64,000 nucleotides of DNA, taken from an uncultured Lachnospiraceae bacterium (lineage in GTDB: Bacteria > Bacillota > Clostridia > Lachnospirales > CAG-274). The stretch is taken from positions 884-64,883 of the forward strand of contig CAYMAA010000001.1 of NCBI GenBank assembly GCA_964388305.1, in the 5' to 3' direction. Under the pieces are notes generated by a model. The model was not told the origin of the DNA. It was given only the letters and a program-made list of their open reading frames with translations, and searched no databases. Position numbers and translations under genes: made by a program. Positions 9,976-19,831 of this stretch are shown piece by piece (positions within the stretch are counted from its first letter, which is position 1; every line of letters starts with the position of its first letter).

Positions 9976-10547
9976 TTTGAACACTCCTTTAAAAAATTAT
10001 TTAATATTGTTATTCCATCGGGAGTCATTATGGACTCGGGGTGAAACTGCAAGCCGTAAACATTATATTTTTTGTGTTTTACAGCCATTACTTCATTATC
10101 ATCGGCTCTTGCGATTATTTCCAGCTCATCGGGCAGTGTATCCTCCTTTACCGCAAGGGAATGGTACCTGGCAACGGGTATTGTTTCGGCACAGTTTTTA
10201 AAAATGGGCAGGCTTGTGTTTAATGCGGCTTGTGACTGCTTGCCGTGCATTAGCCTTTTTGCGTAGGTGATTGTTGCTCCGTAGGCTGCGCAAATTGACT
10301 GATGACCGAGGCATACGCCCAGTATGGGGAAGTCCGCCCCCAATTTTTTAACAGTGTCTATGCAAATGCCTGCGTTTTCGGGTCTGCCCGGGCCGGGGGA
10401 AATTATAATTGCTTTTGGGTTTAAAGCCTTTATATCCTCAACGGAAACGGCATCGTTACGCACTACCCTTATGTTTGGGTCAAGAGAACCTATGAGCTGA
10501 TAGAGGTTGTATGAAAAGCTGTCATAATTATCTATTAATAAAATCAT
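9972..10547 (-). CDS. trpG: anthranilate synthase component II (glutamine amidotransferase)
   Basis: 191 aa with the triad motif GVCLGHQ. There is a TAATG overlap with trpE. Confidence 0.9.
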   Translation of the reverse strand: MILLIDNYDSFSYNLYQLIGSLDPNIRVVRNDAVSVEDIKALNPKAIIISPGPGRPENAGICIDTVKKLGADFPILGVCLGHQSICAAYGATITYAKRLMHGKQSQAALNTSLPIFKNCAETIPVARYHSLAVKEDTLPDELEIIARADDNEVMAVKHKKYNVYGLQFHPESIMTPDGITILNNFLKECSK

Positions 10548-12007
10548 TATTTTACCTCCTCGCTTAGCCTTAAAGCCTTAATTACGGCGGCGGCTTTGTT
10601 TATACATTCGTTATATTCCTTTTCGGGTACGGAATCCGCCACAATGCCTGCACCGCTTCTTACAAACACCTTATTGTTCTTTTTATAAGCTATGCGGATT
10701 GCTATGCAGGTATCCAAATTGCCGGCAAAGTCCAAATAGCCTATTGCGCCGCCGTAAATTCCTCTTTTGTTGTTTTCAATATCGTTAATAAGCTGACAGG
10801 CTTTGATTTTAGGCGCGCCCGAAAGAGTGCCTGCAGGGAGAATGGAGTTAATTGCGTCCAATTGATTTTTGCCCTCTTCAAGCTCGCCTCTGACGGTAGA
10901 GCCTATGTGCATAACGTGAGAAAAACGCTCTATGGAGTGGTACTTCTCCACACACACACTGCCGAATTTGCTTATTTTGCCAATATCGTTTCTGCCCAAA
11001 TCCACAAGCATATTATGTTCCGCAAGCTCCTTTGGGTCTGCAAGAAGTTCCTTTTCAAGCTGTTCATCTTCTGCCTTTGTTTTACCTCTCGGGCGTGTGC
11101 CTGCAAGGGGGAATGTATGGAGTATTCCGTTTTTAAGCTTAACAAGTGTTTCGGGAGATGCACCTGCCACCTCCATATCCGAGCTTGAAAAATAGAACAT
11201 ATAGGGAGAGGGGTTAAGTGTGCGAAGTATGCGGTAGGCATTGAAAAGAGTACCTTCGTACTCTGCTTCCAAACGGTTGGAAAGCACTATTTGGAAAATA
11301 TCACCCTCAATTATATGGCGCTTTGCCCTGTTTACCATATTGCAATAGGTTTTTTGGTCAAAAAGAGGAGTAATTTCAGATTTCAGCCTGCCGGGAACAT
11401 CTTTTTTCGGCTTGCCGTTATAAACAAGCTCCGCCATTTGATTAAGCTCCATTACGGCTCTGTTATATTCAGTTTCCAAATTTTCAAGAGATATATTTAC
11501 TATTAAAATAATTTTTTGGCGGTAGTTATCAAAGGCAATTACCTTATCAAAAAGCATAAGGTCAACATCCTTAAAGCCCTCTGTATCCTCTGCGTTAAGA
11601 TTTAATGAGGGTTCGGAATATTTTAAGTAATCGTATGAAAAATATCCCACAAGACCGCCCGTAAATGCCGGCAAGTCATCAAAATGAGGGCATTTATGCT
11701 CATCTAAAATCTGCTTTATATATTTGCCGGGGTCGGCGGTTTTAAAGGAAAGCTCGCCTATTTTCATATTGCCGTCGGTACAGGTTATTTCCAGCTTGGG
11801 GTTATAGCCTAAAAATGTGTATCTGCCCCAGTTTTCCCTATCCTCTATGGACTCTAACATATAGCAGTGATTGGAAACATTTTTTAAAACACGCATAAGC
11901 TCTATGGGTGTTTTTATATCGGACAATATTTCCGTACTGACGGGGGCGGTTTTATAATCAGCCGTTGCCGCCTTTTCCTTTATTTGTTCAAGCGTGGGAT
12001 AAAACAT
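10547..12007 (-). CDS. trpE: anthranilate synthase component I
   Basis: 486 aa with chorismate-binding family motifs (LSGAPK, GIYGGAIGY). Confidence 0.9.
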   Translation of the reverse strand: MFYPTLEQIKEKAATADYKTAPVSTEILSDIKTPIELMRVLKNVSNHCYMLESIEDRENWGRYTFLGYNPKLEITCTDGNMKIGELSFKTADPGKYIKQILDEHKCPHFDDLPAFTGGLVGYFSYDYLKYSEPSLNLNAEDTEGFKDVDLMLFDKVIAFDNYRQKIILIVNISLENLETEYNRAVMELNQMAELVYNGKPKKDVPGRLKSEITPLFDQKTYCNMVNRAKRHIIEGDIFQIVLSNRLEAEYEGTLFNAYRILRTLNPSPYMFYFSSSDMEVAGASPETLVKLKNGILHTFPLAGTRPRGKTKAEDEQLEKELLADPKELAEHNMLVDLGRNDIGKISKFGSVCVEKYHSIERFSHVMHIGSTVRGELEEGKNQLDAINSILPAGTLSGAPKIKACQLINDIENNKRGIYGGAIGYLDFAGNLDTCIAIRIAYKKNNKVFVRSGAGIVADSVPEKEYNECINKAAAVIKALRLSEEVK

Positions 12008-12027
12008 TTTAAAACCTCTCTTTCTTT

Positions 12028-12322
12028 AAAAAACAAAAAAGCCTTGACAGAATACAAACAATTCTGTCAAGGACGAATGATAAAATCCGCGGTGCCACCT
12101 TGATTTTTGGCAAAAACCAAACACTTAGCGAGGTACAGCCATACCTCCGGCAACTTACGTATGCCAACACGTTACAGAATACTCTTGCAAAAAATGCAAT
12201 TTGACTGTACCCTCGGCGGCCCATTTGATAGACTGTTTTCCATCTGCCTCTCACCTTACGCAGACTCTCTGGAGGAGCATAACTACCTTTACTTCCGCTT
12301 CATCGGTTTAATCAATTAACTT
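12028..12322 (-). promoter_or_regulatory. T-box leader, Trp specifier (UGG)
   Basis: Minus-strand elements: AGAGAG, then candidate specifier UGG (12223-12221), then T-box AGGUGGCACCGCGG (12100-12087). UGGC matches the G73 discriminator of tRNA-Trp. A 12-bp terminator (12072-12061 / 12053-12042) with a U-run follows. Confidence 0.85.
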
Positions 12323-12328
12323 ACTAAC

Positions 12329-12357
12329 AGCATAGCACGAATTTGATTAGATGTCAA
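12329..12357 (-). promoter_or_regulatory. sigma-A-type promoter of the trp operon
   Basis: On the minus strand: TTGACA (12357-12352), a 17-nt spacer, then TATGCT (12334-12329). Confidence 0.5.
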
Positions 12358-12464
12358 TAGATAATTTTTTTATTTAATAAATTCTTAAGAGAAGTAAATT
12401 CTCAAAGTAAATTCCGCATCCTTTGGCGTGATTTTTGCTTTTGCTCAAAGCAGTGTTATGTTAA

Positions 12465-13115
12465 TTACTGTTTTTGGCAGGAAGCATTGTCGTTAAAAAT
12501 TATTTTTTGCTTATCTGCCTTAATAATACCCTCTTTTTGCAGCTTTGTAAGCTCTCTGCTCAAAGAGCATCTGTCTACGCATAAATATTCCGCCAGCTCG
12601 GTACGACTCATATTAAGCCCGAAGCAGCCGTTTCCGTGTATATGTTTTTGCACCTTAAAAAATTCAATAAGTTTATTTCTCAGCTTATAGTTGGAAATTA
12701 TACGCAGTCTTTCTTCATTTTTAGTATTTTTTTCGGAAAGCTCTTCAAGCATATTTTCAATAATTCTGTAATAAAAGCTATAACCGTTGGCGGAAATTTT
12801 TAACAGCTTTTTTAAATTTAAAAGCAAAATTTCACAGTCCTCCATTGCTTTAACCTCACTGCTTCCGCCGGTTTTGCGTAAAACCGCCTCTATACCGAAA
12901 ACATCTCCCTTAAAGTACTTGGTACAACCCTCAACAGCTATGCTTCCGTTAAGCAAAATCCCAATATTTTTTATTACTGCGCCCCTTTTTACAATTATCT
13001 GCCCTTTACCAAAGCTTTTCTGCTTCACACCAACAGAATCTAAAATTTCAACAATATTTTCTTCGCCAACATTTTTAAAAAGCTTACATCTTTTAAGCAC
13101 TTCAATATATTCCAT
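12465..13115 (-). CDS. Crp/Fnr-family transcriptional regulator
   Basis: A cNMP-binding-like N-domain (LFKNV...FGKGQIIVKRG) and a C-terminal HTH (RTELAEYLCVDRCSLSRELTKLQKEGII). The start is set at the ATG at 13115, downstream of AGGAG. The ATG at 13151 is also possible. Confidence 0.8.
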   Translation of the reverse strand: MEYIEVLKRCKLFKNVGEENIVEILDSVGVKQKSFGKGQIIVKRGAVIKNIGILLNGSIAVEGCTKYFKGDVFGIEAVLRKTGGSSEVKAMEDCEILLLNLKKLLKISANGYSFYYRIIENMLEELSEKNTKNEERLRIISNYKLRNKLIEFFKVQKHIHGNGCFGLNMSRTELAEYLCVDRCSLSRELTKLQKEGIIKADKQKIIFNDNASCQKQ

Positions 13116-13300
13116 ATCACTTACTTCTCCTAAACATCTATAAATATTCATTATTTAATTATAAACCATATTTTTTTGTTTGTAAATACAATTTTTATAT
13201 AATTATTAGTTTTTTTATAATTTTTTGATGTTTACATATAATTTTAATAGGTTTTATAGAATTGCTGTGCCTAATATAAAAAATTTGTGCTTTATTGGCA

Positions 13301-13340
13301 TAAAAAATAATCTGCCGTCAATCAAAGTGAGCGGCAGATT
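13301..13340 (-). terminator. orphan terminator-like hairpin
   Basis: 9-bp stem AATCTGCCG (13309-13317) / CGGCAGATT (13332-13340). On the minus strand AUUUUUUA follows it. No annotated minus-strand gene lies upstream of it. Confidence 0.35.
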
Positions 13341-13608
13341 TGATGAATTATCGGTTATTCATATTTATGGTTAAATATATGTCTGCTTCCCATCCTCTGC
13401 GGGAAGTGTGTCAATATGAAATTTTCTGTAAAAATCAAAGGGCGGCGGGCAATGGAATATCACTTTGAATTTATCCGTTTAACTGCGGCGGCATAACCCT
13501 CCGTAAGATTTGACTAATTTGCAAACGCCGATTTTTTGTTTTAAAGACAAAACTGCAATACCATTGACTGTTGCAATTTAGACTGATGCGTAAAATTTTT
13601 CAAAAATG

Positions 13609-13636
13609 TTGCATTAATTTTAAAAGATGATATAAT
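13609..13636 (+). promoter_or_regulatory. sigma-A-type promoter of the chromate-transporter pair
   Basis: TTGCAT (13609-13614), a 16-nt spacer, then TATAAT (13631-13636). Confidence 0.45.
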
Positions 13637-13690
13637 TATAAAGGTAATTCTTAAACAGACTTAAAAAATGTTATGAAGGGAATGTATTGT

Positions 13691-14242
13691 ATGAATGAAT
13701 TACTTGAATTGTTTACTGCATTTTTTCGCATAGGTCTTTTTACGTTTGGCGGCGGACTGGCAATGCTGCCTATGCTTACGAAAGAGGTTGTGGAGGACAA
13801 AAAATGGGCGACAACCGACGAGATACTTAATTATTTTGCCATCGGTCAGTGTACTCCGGGGATAATTGCCATAAACACCGCAACATTTATAGGCACAAAG
13901 CGTAAAGGCGTTTTGGGCGGCATAGTAGCCACTCTGGGCATAATAACCCCGTCTATTATAGTTATTCTTATAATTGCGACAATACTTTCTCAAATAATAC
14001 ATTACCCCATTGTAGGTCACATATTTATGGGTATTCGTATAGCGGTAGCGGCTCTTGTAACGGAGTCGCTTATAGGAATATTAAAAAGCGGCATAAAAGA
14101 CCTTTTTGGAATTATATTTTTCATAATAACCCTTTGCGCGGTGCTTTTTACGGACTTTACATCTCCTGTTGTTGTTGTAATAGCAGGCATACTTGTAGGC
14201 ATTGCCCGTGTTAAGCTTACAGACGGAAAGGAGAAAAAATAA
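13691..14242 (+). CDS. chromate transporter family protein (half-size, first of a pair)
   Basis: CHR-family motif FRIGLFTFGGGLAMLPML...DEILNYFAIGQCTPG. The start is trimmed to the ATG at 13691. Confidence 0.85.
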   Translation: MNELLELFTAFFRIGLFTFGGGLAMLPMLTKEVVEDKKWATTDEILNYFAIGQCTPGIIAINTATFIGTKRKGVLGGIVATLGIITPSIIVILIIATILSQIIHYPIVGHIFMGIRIAVAALVTESLIGILKSGIKDLFGIIFFIITLCAVLFTDFTSPVVVVIAGILVGIARVKLTDGKEKK

Positions 14243-14847
14243 TGGCTGCATTGTACACATACATAACTCTTATGTTTGAATTTTTCAAGGTAGGTCTTTT
14301 TTCCGTAGGGGGCGGTCTTGCAACTCTTCCGTTTTTGTATAATCTGGCGGACAGGTTTGACTGGTTTGACAGAGCAGCCCTTGCAAATATGATAGCCGTT
14401 TCCGAATCCACCCCCGGGCCTATGGGGGTTAATATGGCAACATACGCAGGCTTTCACGCAGGGGGTCTGCTTGGGGGTGTTTTGGCAACTTTGGCATTGG
14501 CTTTTCCGGAACTTGTTATAATTATTGTTATTTCAAAATTCCTTTCAAAATTCAGCGAAAACAAATATGTTAAGGGTGTTTTTTATGCCCTGCACCCTGC
14601 GGTAGGAGCTTTAATTACGCTTGCCTGCATACAGGTATATAAATCCTCTTTTCTATCCTCGGAGGGAGCAAGCATTAACATAGCGCCGTTTTTAACTAAC
14701 GGAATTTATATACTTCCCTTGCATTTTATAATATTTGCAATAATTTTTGCTGTAAAAATAATTTTGAAAGAAAAATTCAACAAAAAAATACACCCTATTG
14801 CAGTAATAGCCATAGGCGCTGTTTTAGGCGCGGCGCTAAGTCTTTAA
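14242..14847 (+). CDS. chromate transporter family protein (half-size, second of a pair)
   Basis: FFKVGLFSVGGGLATLPFL...VSESTPGPMGVN. There is a TAATG overlap with the upstream half. Confidence 0.85.
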   Translation: MAALYTYITLMFEFFKVGLFSVGGGLATLPFLYNLADRFDWFDRAALANMIAVSESTPGPMGVNMATYAGFHAGGLLGGVLATLALAFPELVIIIVISKFLSKFSENKYVKGVFYALHPAVGALITLACIQVYKSSFLSSEGASINIAPFLTNGIYILPLHFIIFAIIFAVKIILKEKFNKKIHPIAVIAIGAVLGAALSL

Positions 14848-14859
14848 GGGAGTTTGAAA

Positions 14860-15786
14860 ATGGAAAAACCCTATTACTCGGCAAATATGTTTTACAGAAA
14901 TAAATTTAATAAAAAGGTTATTAAAGTCGCCCTAAACGGCGGCTTTACCTGTCCCAACAGAGATGGCTTTAAAGGCGCGGGAGGCTGTATATTTTGCTCT
15001 GCCCATGGTTCGGGAGATTTTGCCGGCAATCCTCAAAAATCCATAACAGAGCAGTTTTATGAGGGGAAAGCCATTATGGACAAAAAATGGAAAAACGGTG
15101 TATATATGGCGTATTTTCAGGCATTTACAAACACATACGCTTCCGTGGAGGTTCTTAAACAAAAATTTACTGAGGCGCTTAACATACCCGAAGTTGCGGC
15201 GCTTTCAATAGCCACCCGTCCCGATTGCCTTGAAGAGGAAAAAATAAAGCTTATAGAAAGTATTAACGCAAAAAAATACACCTGCGTGGAATTGGGACTT
15301 CAAACCTCAAACCCTGCAAGCGCAAAATATATAAACCGCTGTTTTACAAACAATGATTTCAAAAAAGCGGTTTCTTCATTAAATAAAACAGATACCGTTG
15401 CCCATATAATTTTAGGCTTGCCCGGGGAAACAAAGGAGGATATGCTGTCCTCAGTGAAATTTGCCGCAGACTGCGGTGTAAAAGGAATAAAGCTCCAGCT
15501 TCTCCACGTTTTAAAAAATACTGTTTTGGCACAGCACTACATTCAAAACCGCTTTCAAACACTTACATTGGAGCAATATACCGATGCAGTTGTTTCCTGC
15601 ATAGAGATTTTGCCGCCGCACATAGTAATACACCGCATTACGGGAGATGGAGCAGGGGCGGAGCTTATAGCGCCGCTGTACAGCAAAAACAAAAAGCTTG
15701 TGCTTAACACAATAAACAAAGCATTTTTGCAAAAAAACACTTGGCAGGGGAAGTACTGCCGCAAAAATCAGTCCACCGGGTCATAA
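14860..15786 (+). CDS. radical SAM protein, TIGR01212-like family
   Basis: N-terminal motif [26 protein letters not shown]. The ATG at 14860 lies 8 nt after GGGAG. Confidence 0.8.
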   Translation: MEKPYYSANMFYRNKFNKKVIKVALNGGFTCPNRDGFKGAGGCIFCSAHGSGDFAGNPQKSITEQFYEGKAIMDKKWKNGVYMAYFQAFTNTYASVEVLKQKFTEALNIPEVAALSIATRPDCLEEEKIKLIESINAKKYTCVELGLQTSNPASAKYINRCFTNNDFKKAVSSLNKTDTVAHIILGLPGETKEDMLSSVKFAADCGVKGIKLQLLHVLKNTVLAQHYIQNRFQTLTLEQYTDAVVSCIEILPPHIVIHRITGDGAGAELIAPLYSKNKKLVLNTINKAFLQKNTWQGKYCRKNQSTGS

Positions 15787-15992
15787 CCGCCTTTGCTGAA
15801 GGGATTGCACCGCAGTATTCTCCAAATAGCCTTTAGCGACCCCTTTAAAAAGCCGTATTTTTCTATTGCCTGAATAGCGTAGGTGGAACAGGTTGGCACA
15901 AATTTGCAGCTTGGCGCCTTGCGTGGAGAAATATATTTTTTGTAAAACCTTATAAGCCAAATAGCCGCAGATGCAGGCAGACTTTTTTTCAT
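15768..15992 (-). CDS. yidD: membrane protein insertion efficiency factor
   Basis: Motif [32 protein letters not shown]. The start is ambiguous (15992 or 16016). The 3' end overlaps the convergent radical SAM gene by 19 nt. Confidence 0.85.
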   Translation of the reverse strand: MKKSLPASAAIWLIRFYKKYISPRKAPSCKFVPTCSTYAIQAIEKYGFLKGSLKAIWRILRCNPFSKGGYDPVD

Positions 15993-15996
15993 ACAA

Positions 15997-16347
15997 TCAT
16001 TCCTTTGAGTGATCATTAATAAGCTTGTGTATTTTAAACAAATGGTTAAGGCTTCGGTGAGCCTCTTTATAAACGGTATCCTTCATTGCTGCCCTTGCAA
16101 TTACAACAATATCATATCCCGATTTAATGTTTTGCTCACTTAGCCTGTAGGCTTCTCTTATTAAACGGGTAACTCTGCTGCGCACAACGGAGTTGCCGAT
16201 TTTTTTGCTTACGGAAATGCCCAGTCTGTTACCGTCGGTATTATTTTTTAAAACATACATAACCAAATATTTGTTGGCAATAGACCTGCCTCTGTTATAT
16301 ACCGCCCTAAACTGATGATTTTTTTTTAAAGACTCTGTAAATTCCAA
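15997..16347 (-). CDS. rnpA: ribonuclease P protein component
   Basis: 116 aa, basic, with the family pattern [27 protein letters not shown]. It lies downstream of rpmH. Confidence 0.9.
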   Translation of the reverse strand: MEFTESLKKNHQFRAVYNRGRSIANKYLVMYVLKNNTDGNRLGISVSKKIGNSVVRSRVTRLIREAYRLSEQNIKSGYDIVVIARAAMKDTVYKEAHRSLNHLFKIHKLINDHSKE

Positions 16348-16445
16348 AATATCACCTCTAACACAAAATATACAAAAGGCTGCCCGAAAACCCTCAGACA
16401 GCCCGTATAAATTACAGAAAATATAAATTATTGAAAAATCAATAA

Positions 16446-16580
16446 TTATGCAGAAAGAACCTTTCTGCCCTTAGCTCTTCTTCTTGCTAAAACCTTTCTG
16501 CCGTTAGATGTTCTCATTCTTTTTCTAAAGCCATGTTCTCTTGAACGCTGTCTTTTCTTTGGCTGGAAAGTCATCTTCAT
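16446..16580 (-). CDS. rpmH: 50S ribosomal protein L34 (below the ORF-track size cutoff)
   Basis: My hand translation gives [50 protein letters not shown] lies upstream of the ATG at 16580. Confidence 0.95.
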   Translation of the reverse strand: MKMTFQPKKRQRSREHGFRKRMRTSNGRKVLARRRAKGRKVLSA

Positions 16581-16769
16581 AACAAGCACCTCCTTAAATA
16601 AAATTGCTTCAATTTATAATATAATAATATTTATTAACAAGCACTGTTCTAATTATATTAGAAAAAACCATTCAAGTCAAGCAAAAAATATCTTTTCCGC
16701 AAAAATTTTATATGGGCGTTATATGGCGGTGTTTATTTATAAGTAAAACATACAGCAGCGGCAGACAGG

Positions 16770-17669
16770 CTACAGTAAGGCGCTGAGGATTGTTTTGCAG
16801 CTGTTTGCCGGAACTGAGTTTATATAACAGCCGGTGGAAAACTCAAAGCCTGCCATATTGCCTATACGGGGTATTATCTGAATGAAAAAACGAAACCCCT
16901 GTATGCCCGAAAGACTTTTCGGGCAACTGTAAAAGCATATATTATATGCCAGGCTTTTATCAAAATTTTTATACATATTAAGCTGTTTTAAAAGAGCGTT
17001 TGCAAGGGACTTAAGCTCATCATCGGAAAAATCCGTTAAGGACGCCCTGTTATTTTTTGAAATAATATGTGTTTCGTAGGGAAAAAGGGCATCGGTGGGA
17101 ATTGATAATTTAAACATATCGTTTTGCCACAGGTTTAAATAGCCTGCGGCGGAGTCGAAGTAGCATGAGTTATTTTCGGTATAATACTTTTGAAGTACGG
17201 AAAGCATATACACAATTTTCGGAGGGATAATTGTTTGAGCGCCAATTTGCCAATGTGAATGAGGCTGGCTTGCGCCTGCGCTTAATCCGTTATTTTTAAA
17301 TATCTGTACATATTTAATATGGTTATAGGCATAAAGCTCATTAAAACGCATTTGAAGCACCCTAAGCAGCCTGTATGTATGGGCAGGGGTGTAGTCGCTT
17401 ATATTTTCAAAGTGATTGGGAGTATCTATAACCACATCATGAAAGCCCAGACCCTCTTTTTGAGATATAAAGGGATAAAGGTTAGGGACAATTTTTATAA
17501 TGCCGTCATTATAAACGGGAGGAGGTGTTAAATGGCTGTTACGGCTGCAAAAGGGACAGTTTGAAATGTCATCATCTACAGGGGCGGATTTTGGCAGATT
17601 TATGGGGCGGTTAAGTCTTTCTTCCGAAAAATACACATAGCTGCCTGTTAAAAAATTTTGTTTAAGCAT
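16770..17669 (-). CDS. GalT-like HIT-superfamily nucleotidyltransferase (galactose-1-phosphate uridylyltransferase-like)
   Basis: CPFC zinc motif and HSHWQ (HxHxQ) active-site motif. The start is set at the ATG at 17669, just past the upstream gene's stop. Confidence 0.7.
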   Translation of the reverse strand: MLKQNFLTGSYVYFSEERLNRPINLPKSAPVDDDISNCPFCSRNSHLTPPPVYNDGIIKIVPNLYPFISQKEGLGFHDVVIDTPNHFENISDYTPAHTYRLLRVLQMRFNELYAYNHIKYVQIFKNNGLSAGASQPHSHWQIGAQTIIPPKIVYMLSVLQKYYTENNSCYFDSAAGYLNLWQNDMFKLSIPTDALFPYETHIISKNNRASLTDFSDDELKSLANALLKQLNMYKNFDKSLAYNICFYSCPKSLSGIQGFRFFIQIIPRIGNMAGFEFSTGCYINSVPANSCKTILSALL

Positions 17670-17682
17670 ATTAGCACCTGCC

Positions 17683-19245
17683 TTATTTATAATTCCATTT
17701 TGCAGCATTTACAAAGCAATTATTTATATAGGGTATTGTTATGCCCGTAATATCCGATGAGGTTAAAAGAACGCTGTTTTTAAAGCCTATGCCTATTAAG
17801 GGAAGCTGAACGGATATATATTGCTCCACATTGCCCAAGGCGGCTTTTGTGGCAGCCTCGCCTACGGCGGTCATTTCTTCATTAAGCAGGGTATCCATTT
17901 GGGGGTCGCTGAAATTTACATAGTTTGTATCCGACACAACAAATGACGAGGACAGCATGGGGCGGAGGTCAAAGCCGCATTTTATATCCGTGCCGCCTAT
18001 GAATGTATCAAAGTTATCCGTTACCAAGGCGGTTATATAGTCATTATACGGCTTTTGCACAACACTGACGTGCATACCGGTCTGGTTAAGCGAGGCGGCT
18101 ATTATATTTGCCGTTTCCACACGTTCCGCATTATCACCGTTTACCAGAATTGTAAATGTTAAGCTGTTTGGTGATATATTTTTGTTTTGAAGAGTTTTAA
18201 GCGCATTTGAAGGACTGTAGCCGTAAGAGGCTGTTTTATCCGCACTGCTCATATATGCGGTAGGGTTTACCGGTGTGAGGGATTTATCCATATTATTCAT
18301 ATAAATTCCCGAAATGATTTGGTCAATATCAATACAATATGCCACTGCCTGACGTACCGCCTGCTCCTTAAACATTTCCTTTGCGTTATTAAAGCCGAAA
18401 AACTCAAAATTATTGGAGGAATAAACTGTTTTTGTACATTCCTTATCGGAAAAGGCGGCATTCCAGCCGCTTGAGGACGTATTTAATACATTTGTTATGC
18501 CCTGACTGAAAGCATTAAAGTCCGTTTGCTCATCAGGGGAAAGAATTACCCGCACTGTTTGTATGGAGGGTTTTCCGTTTACACCCTGAGAGGCTGTTAA
18601 AATAAGCTCCGAGGGGGATTTTGAAGTGAGAGCATAAGCTCCGCACCCCAACGGATTTAAGGCATTATCATCATCGGAAGAATAATAATGGCTTGGTATT
18701 AAGGGAAAGCACAGGTTATAAATACAGGAGGAGTATGGCGCAGAATAGTAAATAACCGCAGTTAAGCTGTCCGTTGCTTCAAAACCCGATACATTTGCCA
18801 AACAGCTTTTATACACAGAGCTGTCGGGAGAGTTATTTATTGCACGGAGGGTATAAACAATATCATCTGCCGTTACAGGCTCGCCGTCCGCCCATTTTAA
18901 CCCCTCTTTAAGGCGAATTGAAAGGGACATACCGTCATCGTTAAGTATATATGACGCGCCTAAGTTGGGTATTACGCTTTGCTCCTCGCTTATATTAAAA
19001 AGAGGCTCAAAAATAAGCTTTAAAACGGTATCCACCGTAGCATCGGAGTTATTTATGGGGTTAAGAGTTTCGGGACTGCGCATGGAAAGAGTTATGGCTT
19101 TGGCTTCCGTTTCGGAGCTGTTTTTATCCAGTATAGTAAGCTTTGCCGTGCCGTCCTTAACCGATGCCGTTTCCTCCGCAGACGGTGAGCAGGCTGTTAA
19201 TAAAAGAGAGAGTATAATAAAGGGTATTATAAATTTAGGATTCAT
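17683..19245 (-). CDS. ABC transporter substrate-binding lipoprotein, family 5 (peptide/nickel type), orphan
   Basis: 520 aa with lipobox LLLTAC. The layout is SBP_bac_5-like. No permease or ATPase genes are adjacent. Confidence 0.7.
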   Translation of the reverse strand: MNPKFIIPFIILSLLLTACSPSAEETASVKDGTAKLTILDKNSSETEAKAITLSMRSPETLNPINNSDATVDTVLKLIFEPLFNISEEQSVIPNLGASYILNDDGMSLSIRLKEGLKWADGEPVTADDIVYTLRAINNSPDSSVYKSCLANVSGFEATDSLTAVIYYSAPYSSCIYNLCFPLIPSHYYSSDDDNALNPLGCGAYALTSKSPSELILTASQGVNGKPSIQTVRVILSPDEQTDFNAFSQGITNVLNTSSSGWNAAFSDKECTKTVYSSNNFEFFGFNNAKEMFKEQAVRQAVAYCIDIDQIISGIYMNNMDKSLTPVNPTAYMSSADKTASYGYSPSNALKTLQNKNISPNSLTFTILVNGDNAERVETANIIAASLNQTGMHVSVVQKPYNDYITALVTDNFDTFIGGTDIKCGFDLRPMLSSSFVVSDTNYVNFSDPQMDTLLNEEMTAVGEAATKAALGNVEQYISVQLPLIGIGFKNSVLLTSSDITGITIPYINNCFVNAAKWNYK

Positions 19246-19795
19246 ATTTTCCTCCTATTATATTTAATATAAAGCGATAGGCTTTTATTTGTTTTTTTAC
19301 GGTTTTCAAGTAGTTTTTTGTTTCTTCAAAGGGTACATGGTTTAAGTCCGTGTCGGAATTTTGGGTAATAAGCCATTTATCCACATTTCCGCTGCCTGCG
19401 TTATATGCGCAAAGGGCAGTATCCAAATTTCCGTCATATCGGTTTAATAAGTAATTTAAAAGCCAGCAGCCTAAGTGAATGTTAAGGTCGGGTTGGGTTA
19501 TGTTTTTATAAGAATAGTTTTGTATGCCTGCTTCCTGCGCCGCCCAGTCTGCGGTTGGCTCCATAAGCTGCATAAGACCCTGCGCCCCTGCGTGAGAAGA
19601 GGCGGTTTCGTCAAAATGGCTTTCCGTATTAATTACGGAGCAGACCACCTCGGGCGGCAGATTATACATATCCGAGTATTTATATATCAGCTCGGGATAA
19701 CGGAGAGGGTAGGATTTGTAAAGACAGCAGGTTGATAAAATTACTGCGGCAGTAAGAAAAAGCAGAGGTATAAGCAGCTTTTTTAGGGTTCGCAT
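19235..19795 (-). CDS. lytic transglycosylase (SLT domain)
   Basis: N-terminal TM segment. SLT catalytic region ESHFDETASSHAGAQGLMQLMEPTADW...AYNAG. Confidence 0.85.
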   Translation of the reverse strand: MRTLKKLLIPLLFLTAAVILSTCCLYKSYPLRYPELIYKYSDMYNLPPEVVCSVINTESHFDETASSHAGAQGLMQLMEPTADWAAQEAGIQNYSYKNITQPDLNIHLGCWLLNYLLNRYDGNLDTALCAYNAGSGNVDKWLITQNSDTDLNHVPFEETKNYLKTVKKQIKAYRFILNIIGGKYES

Positions 19796-19831
19796 CGGGT
19801 TCTCCTTTGGGGTTGGATTTTTTGCTTATGC

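Noticed and set aside
12009-12319. ORFs 12009..12254 (-) and 12107..12319 (+).
   Set aside because: Both overlap the Trp T-box leader of trpE. The conserved T-box, specifier and terminator account for the sequence, and there are no ribosome-binding sites.
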